The notes beneath the pieces were generated by a model. It did not search any database. It was not told the DNA's origin and saw nothing but the letters and a program-made list of their open reading frames with translations. This document shows, piece after piece, positions 37,472-46,248 of a stretch of DNA of 64,000 nt (positions are counted from its first letter, which is position 1; each line of letters opens with the position of its first letter). A program made the translations under genes and the position numbers. This DNA is from Alphaproteobacteria bacterium (GTDB lineage: Bacteria; Pseudomonadota; Alphaproteobacteria; SP197), in NCBI GenBank assembly GCA_965228895.1, contig OZ245842.1:3296001-3360000 (forward strand), given 5' to 3'.

Positions 37472-38415
37472 CCGTTCTCCACGGGTTTGTCTTGGGCGTT
37501 GGCAAACACCACGTCGGCGCCCCAGCGTTTGCGCAGCTTGGCCTCGATCGATGGCCCCGGCGGCGGGCCGGTCAGCGTCAGCGGCGCATACCCGACCGCC
37601 TCCAGGGGCGCGATCACCTCGCGGAACGTCTTGATGTTGCGCACGTCCTTTCGCATCAGCGCCTTCACCGCCATCCAACGCTCGGCGGGCGAGAGCGGCG
37701 GCGGTTCGGTTTCCGTGCGGCCGTCTTTTTCGGCAAAGCTTTGGGCGCGACGCAGCCACGCCTTCAGCCCGGCGCGCGGATCGGCCCAGCGCCGGCCGTT
37801 GGCGCGACTGTGATCGCAAAACTTTTCGATCTCCAGTTTCAGGTCAGCGTTGGGTGCCGCCGCCTTCGCCCAGTCGTGAAACGCCGGGTCGTCGGCGAGC
37901 GCGCCGAGCCCCGCCAATCCGTCATCACAAAAAGGGGGCGGGCCCTCCTCTTTTGGACTCTTGCTTTGTGGAGTCTGGGGTTCTGGACTCTGGGCTTCTG
38001 GATTATGGGTCTTAAGCGCCGTCCGATCGTCCCCATCGCTCACCTGTTTAGCCGCCGCCAGTTTGGGGTTGCCGCCCTTCTTGCCGTTGGCGCGCGCGGC
38101 GCGCAGGCGCCGGGCGTCGCGGATCATGCGCCGCGAAAAGACGGTGCCCTGTCTGTTGCGCGAGAAGACGCCGGCGGCCTCCAGCTCGCCCATCAGGTCA
38201 CCGATGCGCGCCTCGGCCATGCCGGTCAGCTTGGCGAGGTGGCTCGCGTCCAGCGCGCGGCCGTTGATCGTCAGGTAGCCGTACGGCTCGGCCTCGTGCA
38301 TCAGGCACAGGCACTCGATCCACAAGCCGCGCGCCTCCAACGAACAGATGCGCAGGGCCTGGTCGCCACGCCAGTCGGTCGGAAAGAACTTCATCCACGG
38401 TTGTGCCGCCGTCAT
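37468..38415 (-). CDS. Phage replication initiator (YdaU/DUF1376-like)
   Basis: PWMKFFPTDW..D..LR.CSL.ARGLW, SRRMIRD, NGKKGGNP. Confidence 0.78.
   Translation of the reverse strand: MTAAQPWMKFFPTDWRGDQALRICSLEARGLWIECLCLMHEAEPYGYLTINGRALDASHLAKLTGMAEARIGDLMGELEAAGVFSRNRQGTVFSRRMIRDARRLRAARANGKKGGNPKLAAAKQVSDGDDRTALKTHNPEAQSPEPQTPQSKSPKEEGPPPFCDDGLAGLGALADDPAFHDWAKAAAPNADLKLEIEKFCDHSRANGRRWADPRAGLKAWLRRAQSFAEKDGRTETEPPPLSPAERWMAVKALMRKDVRNIKTFREVIAPLEAVGYAPLTLTGPPPGPSIEAKLRKRWGADVVFANAQDKPVENG
37950..38009. repeat. Four 15-bp tandem repeats (iteron-like origin)
   Basis: cttttggactcttgc/tttgtggagtctggg/gttctggactctggg/cttctggattatggg inside the initiator gene. Confidence 0.7.
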
Positions 38416-38717
38416 TTGGTCACCCCTTCCAGGTGACCCATGTCGCGCAGGTTATCCTTGCAGTGGCCGCACAGCCGGTTGCCGATGCCCTCGCTGCGGA
38501 ACAGACGCCGGCATGACAGGCATTTGCGTTTCGACGTCGCCGTCACCGACGGCCGCCGCGCCGGGCGTGGCGCCGGCTGGTTCTTCTTGAAGCGTTGGAT
38601 CTTGCGCGTGACCGATCCGGTGCTGCGCCTCAACTCTCTCGCGATGACCTTGACCGGCGTGCCGCGCGCCAGCAACCGCTCCAGGTGTTGAACTTCCTGA
38701 TCGTCCCAGTGTGGCAT
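38412..38717 (-). CDS. GcrA-like HTH + C4 zinc-ribbon protein
   Basis: WDDQEVQHL..L..G......IAREL.RS..SV..K; CLSC...SEG.GNRLCGHC. Confidence 0.65.
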   Translation of the reverse strand: MPHWDDQEVQHLERLLARGTPVKVIARELRRSTGSVTRKIQRFKKNQPAPRPARRPSVTATSKRKCLSCRRLFRSEGIGNRLCGHCKDNLRDMGHLEGVTK

Positions 38718-38863
38718 GGTGGTTTCGTTCCCATGAAGTCGCCCCCCGCCAGTTGCGGTCGCAAGGGTCCCCTGCCCGATTGCTTTTCTTATGAAGATGA
38801 GACGGCTGCCGGCCGGGAGGGGTAGTGGAGGCAACCGGCAGCCGTCCCTTAGGCGCGGCAGTT

Positions 38864-39262
38864 CTAACTGGGCCCGGAGCCACCCGCCCGGAGGCTCAAT
38901 CGACCGTCCGTCGCCTTCGTGCTGCGCCTGCGGAAGAACCCCGCGCGCGGCACCACGAGAACCTTGGCCTTGCGGCCCGACGCGTTCGCCCGCCGTGAGC
39001 CACTGTCGACGATGCGCCCACGACGGATCAGCTCCGAGCAACGCGGCCTGACCGTCAGCACCGAGAGACCCAGTCGCGTCGCCACCTCATCGGGCGTCAG
39101 ACCGTCGGAGAACCACAGGCAGTCGAACACCCGCTCCCTGATGGTCGCGATACCGACCTTGTCGGCGGCCTGCCGGCCGGCTCGCTCAGCCGCGGGATTG
39201 CTGGATTCCGATGGATCGGGGGTGAACCCCGGGGTTAAGGCTGGGCTGGTGTGTTGCGTCAT
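38864..39262 (-). CDS. Winged-helix phage DNA-binding protein (cro position)
   Basis: GLTPDEVATRLG....VRPRCSEL...G.I.DSG.RR...SGR.A. Confidence 0.72.
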   Translation of the reverse strand: MTQHTSPALTPGFTPDPSESSNPAAERAGRQAADKVGIATIRERVFDCLWFSDGLTPDEVATRLGLSVLTVRPRCSELIRRGRIVDSGSRRANASGRKAKVLVVPRAGFFRRRSTKATDGRLSLRAGGSGPS

Positions 39263-39270
39263 GATTCCCT

Positions 39271-39311
39271 ATGTGATAGGAATTACCCTATTGCGTCAAG
39301 GCCAAAACCTA
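39271..39311 (-). promoter_or_regulatory. Leftward promoter with repressor operators
   Basis: Minus strand TTGACGCA-ATAGGGTAATTCCTAT; second site AAGG-N6-CCTA at 39298. Confidence 0.7.
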
Positions 39312-39346
39312 GTCGCAATTCCTATTCACCAGAGCGACACTCAATC

Positions 39347-40054
39347 ATGGCCGAAACCCCACGGGAGCTGATCAAGCGGCTGGTCGAGGCGCGCGACAAC
39401 TTGACGCTTGCCGACCTGTCGCGCGCGCTAGGCCTGAACCACGCCTACTTCCAGCAATACGTCTCCGGGCGCTCGCCGAAGAAGGGCCTGCCCGAGGACG
39501 TGCGCGAGGGCGCGGCCCACCTGCTGGGCATCGATCCCGACCGGCTGCGCGAGAGCCAGCGGCTGCCGGTTGGCTTGGCGCAGGACGGCGAACACGCGCG
39601 AGCAGTGTCGGTGGTCACACAATCAACAAGAAGTGGCCCACCTAGCGGCGCAGTCTCGGTAGAGTATGGTTCTCGCGATTTCCCGATATACGGGTCGTCC
39701 CAAGCCGGCAATGAAGGGCAAGTTGTCGACTATGACCATGTCGTCGAATACCGCCACAGGCCGCCGGAGCTCATCGGCGTGAACGGCGCGTGGGGCATGT
39801 ATGTGGTCGGCGACAGCATGGAGCCCCGCTACTTCCACGGCGACCGTGTCCACGTGAACCCGCACAAGCCGGTCCGCGCGGGCCGCTTCGTCGTCATCGT
39901 GCGCCACGACAACACGGCGCTCGTCAAACAGTTCGTCGCCAAGAACGACAGCCGTTTCAAGCTGCGCCAACTGAACCCCAAGCGCGATATCGAAATCCCC
40001 GCTGACGAGGTTCAGGGCTGCTTTCTGATTGTCGGCGCGACCGACGCCGATTAG
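39347..40054 (+). CDS. CI/XRE-like repressor with S24 autopeptidase domain
   Basis: LADLSRALGLNHAYFQQY HTH; VVGDSMEP Ser and LVKQ Lys dyad. Confidence 0.9.
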   Translation: MAETPRELIKRLVEARDNLTLADLSRALGLNHAYFQQYVSGRSPKKGLPEDVREGAAHLLGIDPDRLRESQRLPVGLAQDGEHARAVSVVTQSTRSGPPSGAVSVEYGSRDFPIYGSSQAGNEGQVVDYDHVVEYRHRPPELIGVNGAWGMYVVGDSMEPRYFHGDRVHVNPHKPVRAGRFVVIVRHDNTALVKQFVAKNDSRFKLRQLNPKRDIEIPADEVQGCFLIVGATDAD

Positions 40055-40089
40055 CCCACAGCACTTGGCAAGTCGTAGGCTGTGGCCGC

Positions 40090-40119
40090 TTGACAAATAG
40101 GGTAAAACCTATCTACAAT
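40090..40119 (+). promoter_or_regulatory. Sigma70 promoter with operator in the spacer
   Basis: TTGACA-N18-TACAAT enclosing ATAGGGTAAAACCTAT. Confidence 0.75.
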
Positions 40120-40150
40120 CTCCCGCTAACGAGGACGTAGGGAGATCGCC

Positions 40151-40540
40151 ATGCCCGAGCCGTTGAGCCAGCCCAAAACCTGGACCCTTACCCTGCTGGA
40201 ACGCGAGTTGAAGGACGCGGCCGCCAGTCCGCCGCTGTCGCTGGCCCGCATGCGCGTGTTGCGCTGGCTGGCCGAGCTGGAACCGGGCGAGGCCGACATC
40301 CTGTGGGGCCGCGCCGTCGGCCTCACATGGACGGCGCTCGCCGCCGAGCGCGACGGCGTCAACGACCGCACCATCGCCCACCGCCTCTACCTGCCGGCGC
40401 TCGAACGGCTCAAGACCGCCGCGACGCTGGACGCCTTTGACCAGGTCGTCGCCGATTGCACCCACGCGCTCGTCACCGCCGGCGCACGGCTCGACCGGCG
40501 CTTCGACGCGCTTGACGATCAGACCGCTGACGCAGCCTAG
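40151..40540 (+). CDS. Second, internally shortened DUF6362-like protein
   Basis: WL..L....A.I.W.RA.G..W...A...G...RT...R....AL aligns with 37073-37471; RBS GGGAG. Confidence 0.6.
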   Translation: MPEPLSQPKTWTLTLLERELKDAAASPPLSLARMRVLRWLAELEPGEADILWGRAVGLTWTALAAERDGVNDRTIAHRLYLPALERLKTAATLDAFDQVVADCTHALVTAGARLDRRFDALDDQTADAA

Positions 40541-40770
40541 CAAAGACGATGTGGCTGACCCAACTGAGGTCAGTTTAGCTCTTTGCTAGAGAATCGTTGG
40601 AACAATGCGAGCAATCAAAGAAAAACCCGGCTGAACGGGAATAGACTAGAGAATACGCCCTCCATACGATCAATCCATTGCGCATAATCCGGAAGAACTA
40701 CATCTAAATTGGGTATTATAGACTCAAAACTTCTCGCATAACGCGTATTACTGTTGCAGCATCATTCTTT

Positions 40771-41262
40771 ATGAACACTGCAACGTCAGAATATCCGCCG
40801 CTTCTCGCCCTCGGCTGGCATCCAATGACCATCGGTGGCCTTAGAACGCTCTGCGTTGATCAGATGCACTCGTCACTGACTCGTGCAAAGATCATGGACG
40901 GACTCGAGGCTGTTCTGGGTCAACTTAATTCAAGCGGCCTTAAAATGGAGATCTGGGTTGACGGAAGTTTTGTGACCAAGAAGCTGAATCCACAGGACGT
41001 GGATTTTGTTGCAAGGGTCGATGGCGCTGACTTTGACTCTGCATCACCTCAACAGAAGCAAATCTTGAGATGGTTGGCTAGCGACCTGAAGTCCCAATAC
41101 AAATGCGATACCTACTCGTTTATTGAATACGACAAGTCCCATTCCTTGGGCGAAGTCGGAGAATGGCATCGAGCCTACTGGCTAAGGCAGTTTGGTTTCA
41201 GCCGAAGTGTCAGAGCGAAGGGCCTTCCAGTGCTCACCCTCCCCTATGTTGTGATGCCATGA
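40771..41262 (+). CDS. Minimal Pol-beta nucleotidyltransferase-fold protein (DUF6932-like)
   Basis: IWVDGSFVT.K..P.DVD plus a distal CDTY Asp; low GC. Confidence 0.75.
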   Translation: MNTATSEYPPLLALGWHPMTIGGLRTLCVDQMHSSLTRAKIMDGLEAVLGQLNSSGLKMEIWVDGSFVTKKLNPQDVDFVARVDGADFDSASPQQKQILRWLASDLKSQYKCDTYSFIEYDKSHSLGEVGEWHRAYWLRQFGFSRSVRAKGLPVLTLPYVVMP

Positions 41263-42197
41263 CAGACATCGCACAAATTCTTCGAGATTTGCGGGATACC
41301 GAGGCAGAGCGACAGCGACTTCACGAACTCGCCCAGGACATGGCCGAGTACGAAGCCCTCGAAATCAACCTATTGTCATTGGAGAAACGTGAGAGATTAC
41401 TGAGAACCCAGTTTGAAGAAATCTCCGCTGTCGTCGATGAGAGCATCTGCGATTACAGGATTATCCCAGAACTACCTGATAGGTATCCACTTGCAGCTAT
41501 CGGCGCATGTTTGCAGAAGTTTCAAGAGCTCTTTTCGATTGTATTCGACGCTGTCAAGAACAAGCCAAAACTCCGAGCTCACATTTCGGCCGAAGTCCTT
41601 GACCAGTCCACCCTCAATTTCGGCTACGCATACAGTGGCTCACTCGGCTTTGCATTCACCGTTCCAAGCGAGAGACTCCTCCTAATCGAATCAGAGATCG
41701 ATATGGCCGCACGGCTATTTCTCTCCATTCTCAAATGTGAAAGCCCAGACGATATCAGGAAGCTGGTTCCAACTGTCGGAGTAGCGTCAATCACTCGCGC
41801 ATATGAACTCTCGCAGGTTCACGGCAGCTACGCATTCAATACTCAAGTGCAATGGAGAAAAGGCGGAGACGTAACTCACGATGTGATGATACACGCGGCC
41901 GATTTTGAGAGATTGAGAGCAATCATCGATGAGACGGGAGAAGAGGAAACAGAGACCTTCGAAATGACCGGCCGCCTTGTTGGATTGGACGTCGATACAA
42001 ACTATTTTCACATGACGTTTCCTGGGGCCGAAGATCTTAAGGGCAGCCTCTCAGACGGGTTCTTCGGAGGCTTGGCATTGTCGGTCCCCGGCCTGTATCA
42101 AGCCAATCTGATGCGAAAATGGAGGCTTCACTATTCTACGGGGCAAGAAGACGAGGATTGGATTCTTCTACAACTACGACCGATCTCGTCAAACTAG
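41259..42197 (+). CDS. Hypothetical protein (N-terminal coiled coil), partner of the NTase
   Basis: ATGA overlap with the upstream stop; low GC; 312 aa. Confidence 0.75.
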   Translation: MTDIAQILRDLRDTEAERQRLHELAQDMAEYEALEINLLSLEKRERLLRTQFEEISAVVDESICDYRIIPELPDRYPLAAIGACLQKFQELFSIVFDAVKNKPKLRAHISAEVLDQSTLNFGYAYSGSLGFAFTVPSERLLLIESEIDMAARLFLSILKCESPDDIRKLVPTVGVASITRAYELSQVHGSYAFNTQVQWRKGGDVTHDVMIHAADFERLRAIIDETGEEETETFEMTGRLVGLDVDTNYFHMTFPGAEDLKGSLSDGFFGGLALSVPGLYQANLMRKWRLHYSTGQEDEDWILLQLRPISSN

Positions 42198-42619
42198 CCA
42201 TTCAAGAGAAACTGTCGGCCACACTCTCTATAACTCGAACATGGTTTGGTCTGTTGTCTTCGGTCCCAACTAACATTGAACAGCCGAAGCCCCAGTGAGC
42301 ACTGAGGCAGCAACGGGCGAAAGCCGCAGCGGTGTGGTCAGCCTAGGAGTTCGCGAGAAATGCTTCCTGCCATTTCGGCTAACCGCAAAGACGCCGCAAT
42401 CACGCTTCTGACGTGGCGCTAGGCTAAACCTCTGCCCCCAGAGACTCACCTATCCGCAATAAGGTGTAACCCTTCGTAGTGCGCGACCTCTGAGCTGGGC
42501 TCGCTATCCTTTCTGTCGTTGAACGGCCCTTGCCAGGACGCCTCCGATAACCGGCAGGCATGGCAAGGATGCCGGGAAACACCGCGCGCAAGACGCGGTG
42601 ACCTGGGAGGAGAGACACC

Positions 42620-43108
42620 ATGGCGATGACAGAGCTCGCCGCGGCGACGCGGCGCGAACCCGATCCTTATGGCCTGAGCGGATGGCTGATCCTGGTCATC
42701 GTCTCGATCGTTGCCGGGCTCGCCTGGAACCTGTTTGTCCTCAAGGAAACCACAAGTTTGTTCACAGGCGCGGAGGCACAGGTCTTCCTGGCCGCCGCCG
42801 AGCCCGCGCACTATCAGCTCTCCATGTTGGAGATCTTCGTCAGCGGCTGCCTCGTCCTCGCCAACCTCGTCTTGATCGGCATCTTCTTCACCCGCCATCG
42901 CCAGTTTCCGGCCGCGTTCATCATGGTCGCGCTGTTCTCGGTCGCGTGGATCATCACCGACGCGCTGCTCTACCGGTCGATCTTTCCGTCCGACCCGCTG
43001 TTCGACGTCCGCAGCGCCCACGAGTTCGCCCGCGCCGCCGTCTTTGCGTTGATCTGGGTGCCCTACATGCTCGTCTCCAAACGCGTGAAGGCGACGTTCG
43101 TCCACTAG
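42620..43108 (+). CDS. DUF2569 family membrane protein
   Basis: GL.GWL N-terminus; WVPY...SKRVKATFV C-terminus. Confidence 0.8.
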   Translation: MAMTELAAATRREPDPYGLSGWLILVIVSIVAGLAWNLFVLKETTSLFTGAEAQVFLAAAEPAHYQLSMLEIFVSGCLVLANLVLIGIFFTRHRQFPAAFIMVALFSVAWIITDALLYRSIFPSDPLFDVRSAHEFARAAVFALIWVPYMLVSKRVKATFVH

Positions 43109-43214
43109 AGCAGATCCCATTTTGATGGGATCTGCTCTACTCATAGATAGAGAACGGATTCACGTGGTGAGGTGGAACCGCTGAAGGGTTCCACCTCACC
43201 ACGATCAGCTCTAA
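43105..43214. repeat. Palindromic intergenic element, copy 2 (inverted)
   Basis: Shares both hairpins and the linker with 34702-34853. Confidence 0.8.
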
Positions 43215-43309
43215 CGCGACTTGCCTCATGGTGCGGTGCCGACACCCATGGACGCGGTGGCGTCCCGGTTGTTAGGTTCGCTTCATAGCGCACACACCGG
43301 GATTCCTTC

Positions 43310-45379
43310 ATGCGGCTGGCGGTCGATACGGGCGGCACCTTCACCGATCTTGTGATCGAGGACGATGACGGGCGGCTCAGTCTCTATAAGTCGCCGACCA
43401 CGCCGGCCAATCCGGTCGACGGCGTGATGCACGTGCTCTCCATCGCCGGCGACGACCGCGGCACCGGCCTGGAAGGGCTGCTCAGCGCGACCGATCTCTT
43501 CGTCCACGGTACCACGGTCGCGACCAACGCGGTGGTCACGGGTGCGACGGCGCGCACCGCGTTCCTAACAACCGCCGGCCACCCGGATATCCTGACCTTG
43601 CGTGAGGGCGGGCGCATCGGCCTGCCGCTGTTCGACTATACGATCCCCTACCCCGAACCCTACATCCCGCGCGCGCTGACCTTCGAAATCCCTGAGCGTA
43701 TCGGGCCGGACGGCGCGGTCCTGACCCCGCTCGACGACGACACTTGCATCGAAATCATCGAACGAATCCGCGAGGCCGAGGTCGAGGCGATCGCGGTCTG
43801 CCTGCTCTGGTCGATCGTCAACCCGATCCACGAACACCGGCTGGAAATGCTACTGCGCAAACACCTGCCCGGCCCCGCCGTCAGCCTGTCGCACCGTGTG
43901 AACCCGTCCTTGCGCGAATACCGGCGCGCCTCGTCGACCGCCATCGACGCCTCGCTCAAACCGCTCATGGCGGCCTATGCACGCGAACTGGCGAGCCGGT
44001 TGAACGCCGCCCAGTTCGCCGGGCGCGCGCTCTTCGTCACGTCGCAAGGCATGACACGCGATCTCGCCGACGTCGCGGCCAACCCTATCCACACGGTGAA
44101 GTCCGGTCCCGCTATGGCGCCGGTCTCAGGCCGTCACTACGCCACGCTCGACGGCAACGCGCCGATGGCGATCGTCGCCGATACCGGCGGCACCACCTAT
44201 GACGTCGCCCTGGTGCGCGACGGCCTGATCCCGGAAACCCGGGAGACCTGGATCGGCCAACCCTATCTCGGCCACATGACCGGCTTTCCCTCCATCGACA
44301 TTCAAAGCGTCGGCGCCGGCGGCGGCTCGATCGCCTGGGTCGACGGCGGCGGCCTGCTTCATGTCGGCCCGCAAAGCGCCGGTGCTGATCCCGGTCCCGC
44401 CTGTTATGACCTCGGCGGCGACGAGGCGACGGTGACCGACGCGGCGGTCGTGCTCGGCCTGATCGATCCGGAGTTTTTTTTGGGCGGCAGCATCACGCTC
44501 GACACCGCACTGGCGCGCCATGCCGTCAAACGTCATGTCGCCGGGCCGCTCGGTCTGCCGGTCGACGAAGCCGCGCTCGCGATCTTCGCGCTCGTCAACG
44601 AAACCATGGCCGGCGCCATCGAGGACATCACGGTCAACCAGGGCGTCGACCCGCGCGATGCCGTCCTGATCGGTGGCGGCGGCGCGGCCGGCCTCAACAG
44701 CGTCGCCATCGCGCGCCGGCTTGGCTGTCGCTGCGTCATCTTTCCCGACACCGGCGCGGCGCTCAGCGCCACCGGCGGTCTGTTGTCGCCGCTCAGCGAT
44801 GACTTCTCGACCTTCTTTCCGGCGCGCTCGTCGGCGTTCGACAAGACGAGCGTCAACGCCGGCCTCAAGCGGCTCACCACGCTCGCCGAAGGGTTCGCCG
44901 CCAAGGCCGGCGCCAACGCGAACCCGCGGATCGACTACAGCGTCGAAGCCCGTTACGCCCAACAGATCTGGGAGATCAAGGTGCCGCTGACGGTCTCCCG
45001 CTTCTTGTCGAACGACGATGTCGTCAACCTGTGCAACGCGTTCCATGCGCTGCATCGTGAGATCTTTGCCTTCGACGACCCGTTGGGTGAGATCGAGTTC
45101 ATCAACTGGCGCGCCACCGTCGCCTGCGACCTGCGCGACAAACCGGTCGGCCAGCTCGATGGCGCGGACGGCGCCAAGGCGGGCGTCCACGAACGCACCG
45201 TCGTGTTCCCCGGGCCCAACGTCCTGACCGTGCCGATCCACCGGTTTGAGGCGCTCGCCGTCAACGACGACCATGGCGGCCCGGCGATCGTCGAGACGCC
45301 CTTCACCACCATCGTCATCGACCCGGGCACCCGCTTCCAGCGCACGGAGTCCGGCAGCCTGGTCGTGCTGATCGATTAG
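43310..45379 (+). CDS. hyuA: Hydantoinase A / oxoprolinase family subunit
   Basis: DTGGTFTD, HGTTVATNA, SGPA, DTGGTTYD, GAGGGS. Confidence 0.9.
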   Translation: MRLAVDTGGTFTDLVIEDDDGRLSLYKSPTTPANPVDGVMHVLSIAGDDRGTGLEGLLSATDLFVHGTTVATNAVVTGATARTAFLTTAGHPDILTLREGGRIGLPLFDYTIPYPEPYIPRALTFEIPERIGPDGAVLTPLDDDTCIEIIERIREAEVEAIAVCLLWSIVNPIHEHRLEMLLRKHLPGPAVSLSHRVNPSLREYRRASSTAIDASLKPLMAAYARELASRLNAAQFAGRALFVTSQGMTRDLADVAANPIHTVKSGPAMAPVSGRHYATLDGNAPMAIVADTGGTTYDVALVRDGLIPETRETWIGQPYLGHMTGFPSIDIQSVGAGGGSIAWVDGGGLLHVGPQSAGADPGPACYDLGGDEATVTDAAVVLGLIDPEFFLGGSITLDTALARHAVKRHVAGPLGLPVDEAALAIFALVNETMAGAIEDITVNQGVDPRDAVLIGGGGAAGLNSVAIARRLGCRCVIFPDTGAALSATGGLLSPLSDDFSTFFPARSSAFDKTSVNAGLKRLTTLAEGFAAKAGANANPRIDYSVEARYAQQIWEIKVPLTVSRFLSNDDVVNLCNAFHALHREIFAFDDPLGEIEFINWRATVACDLRDKPVGQLDGADGAKAGVHERTVVFPGPNVLTVPIHRFEALAVNDDHGGPAIVETPFTTIVIDPGTRFQRTESGSLVVLID

Positions 45380-45470
45380 TCTCGTCGAACGGGGTGCGTT
45401 GCCGTAACCTGACCACAGAACAGCCGAAGGAAGAGAATCGAGCGCAACTGATCGAACGGGGAGATTGGCC

Positions 45471-46238
45471 ATGTGGGCAATCCGCGCAAGCTTGGGTCTT
45501 GCGGTGTTGGTGATGTTTGCTACCTCGAGCGCGGCAGAAGAATGTGTCGAAGCGGTCCAGGGCCGGATTGCCTGGGACTATGACGGAAACACGGTATGGG
45601 AGCCGGACAATATCCGCCGCCTTTGCCGCGGGGCTGAATCAATTGAACCTGCCATGTGCTTCCTGCGCGTCATGCATGGCGGCGTGAGTTATGGCGGCGG
45701 CGTCAATTGGCGGTGGCAAAACGCCATCGACCTGTGTGAACAGTCCGCCGATGCGACGCGGACGGTCGAATGTTTCCAGCGGCAGCTTCAAGATGGCCAA
45801 CGTTGGCAGGACGCTATCCCGGCCTGCGACGAGCGCGTCGCCTGGTTGGACGTGATCGATGACGGCGGTGGCGGTGACGGCGGTGGCGCGATCGTGCGCC
45901 GCGTCCTGCCCGACGGCAAAGTGGAGTCACGGTTTCCCGATGGGACCATTCGCTTGGACTATTCGGGTGGCTACACCATCATCACCCCCGACGGCCAAGA
46001 GCAGATCTTTCTTTTCCAGGACGTCCAAGGCGCGACGCCACCAAGCACGCCTCCGGACTCCGCCCATGAAAATTGGCTGGCCCAGCAGAACGAGAGCCTG
46101 CTGATCATCATCACGACCTTGGTCGGCAACGACGAGGCATCGGTGAACAATTACGTGGCCAACGAAAGCGCGGACCTGTCGGCCTATCAGCGCATGAACA
46201 GGCATATCGACACGATCGATTTGCTCGTTCGTCCGTAG
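45471..46238 (+). CDS. Exported Cys/Trp-repeat hypothetical protein
   Basis: Signal peptide, three C...W....C repeats, Gly linker, PDG hairpins. Confidence 0.7.
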   Translation: MWAIRASLGLAVLVMFATSSAAEECVEAVQGRIAWDYDGNTVWEPDNIRRLCRGAESIEPAMCFLRVMHGGVSYGGGVNWRWQNAIDLCEQSADATRTVECFQRQLQDGQRWQDAIPACDERVAWLDVIDDGGGGDGGGAIVRRVLPDGKVESRFPDGTIRLDYSGGYTIITPDGQEQIFLFQDVQGATPPSTPPDSAHENWLAQQNESLLIIITTLVGNDEASVNNYVANESADLSAYQRMNRHIDTIDLLVRP

Positions 46239-46248
46239 ATGGGGCCCG

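Larger units (their letters stand above)
37073..40540. mobile_element. Phage-derived immunity/replication module (cryptic or domesticated prophage remnant)
   Basis: CI-like repressor divergent from HTH, GcrA-like, initiator and DUF6362-like genes; no integrase or virion genes. Confidence 0.8.

Noticed and set aside
37950-38009. Repeats as a possible CRISPR array
   Set aside because: Contiguous 15-mers without spacers, inside a CDS, and no cas genes
42200-42600. att site, tRNA or IS end at the island boundary
   Set aside because: No cloverleaf and no direct repeat matching the left side of the module found by eye
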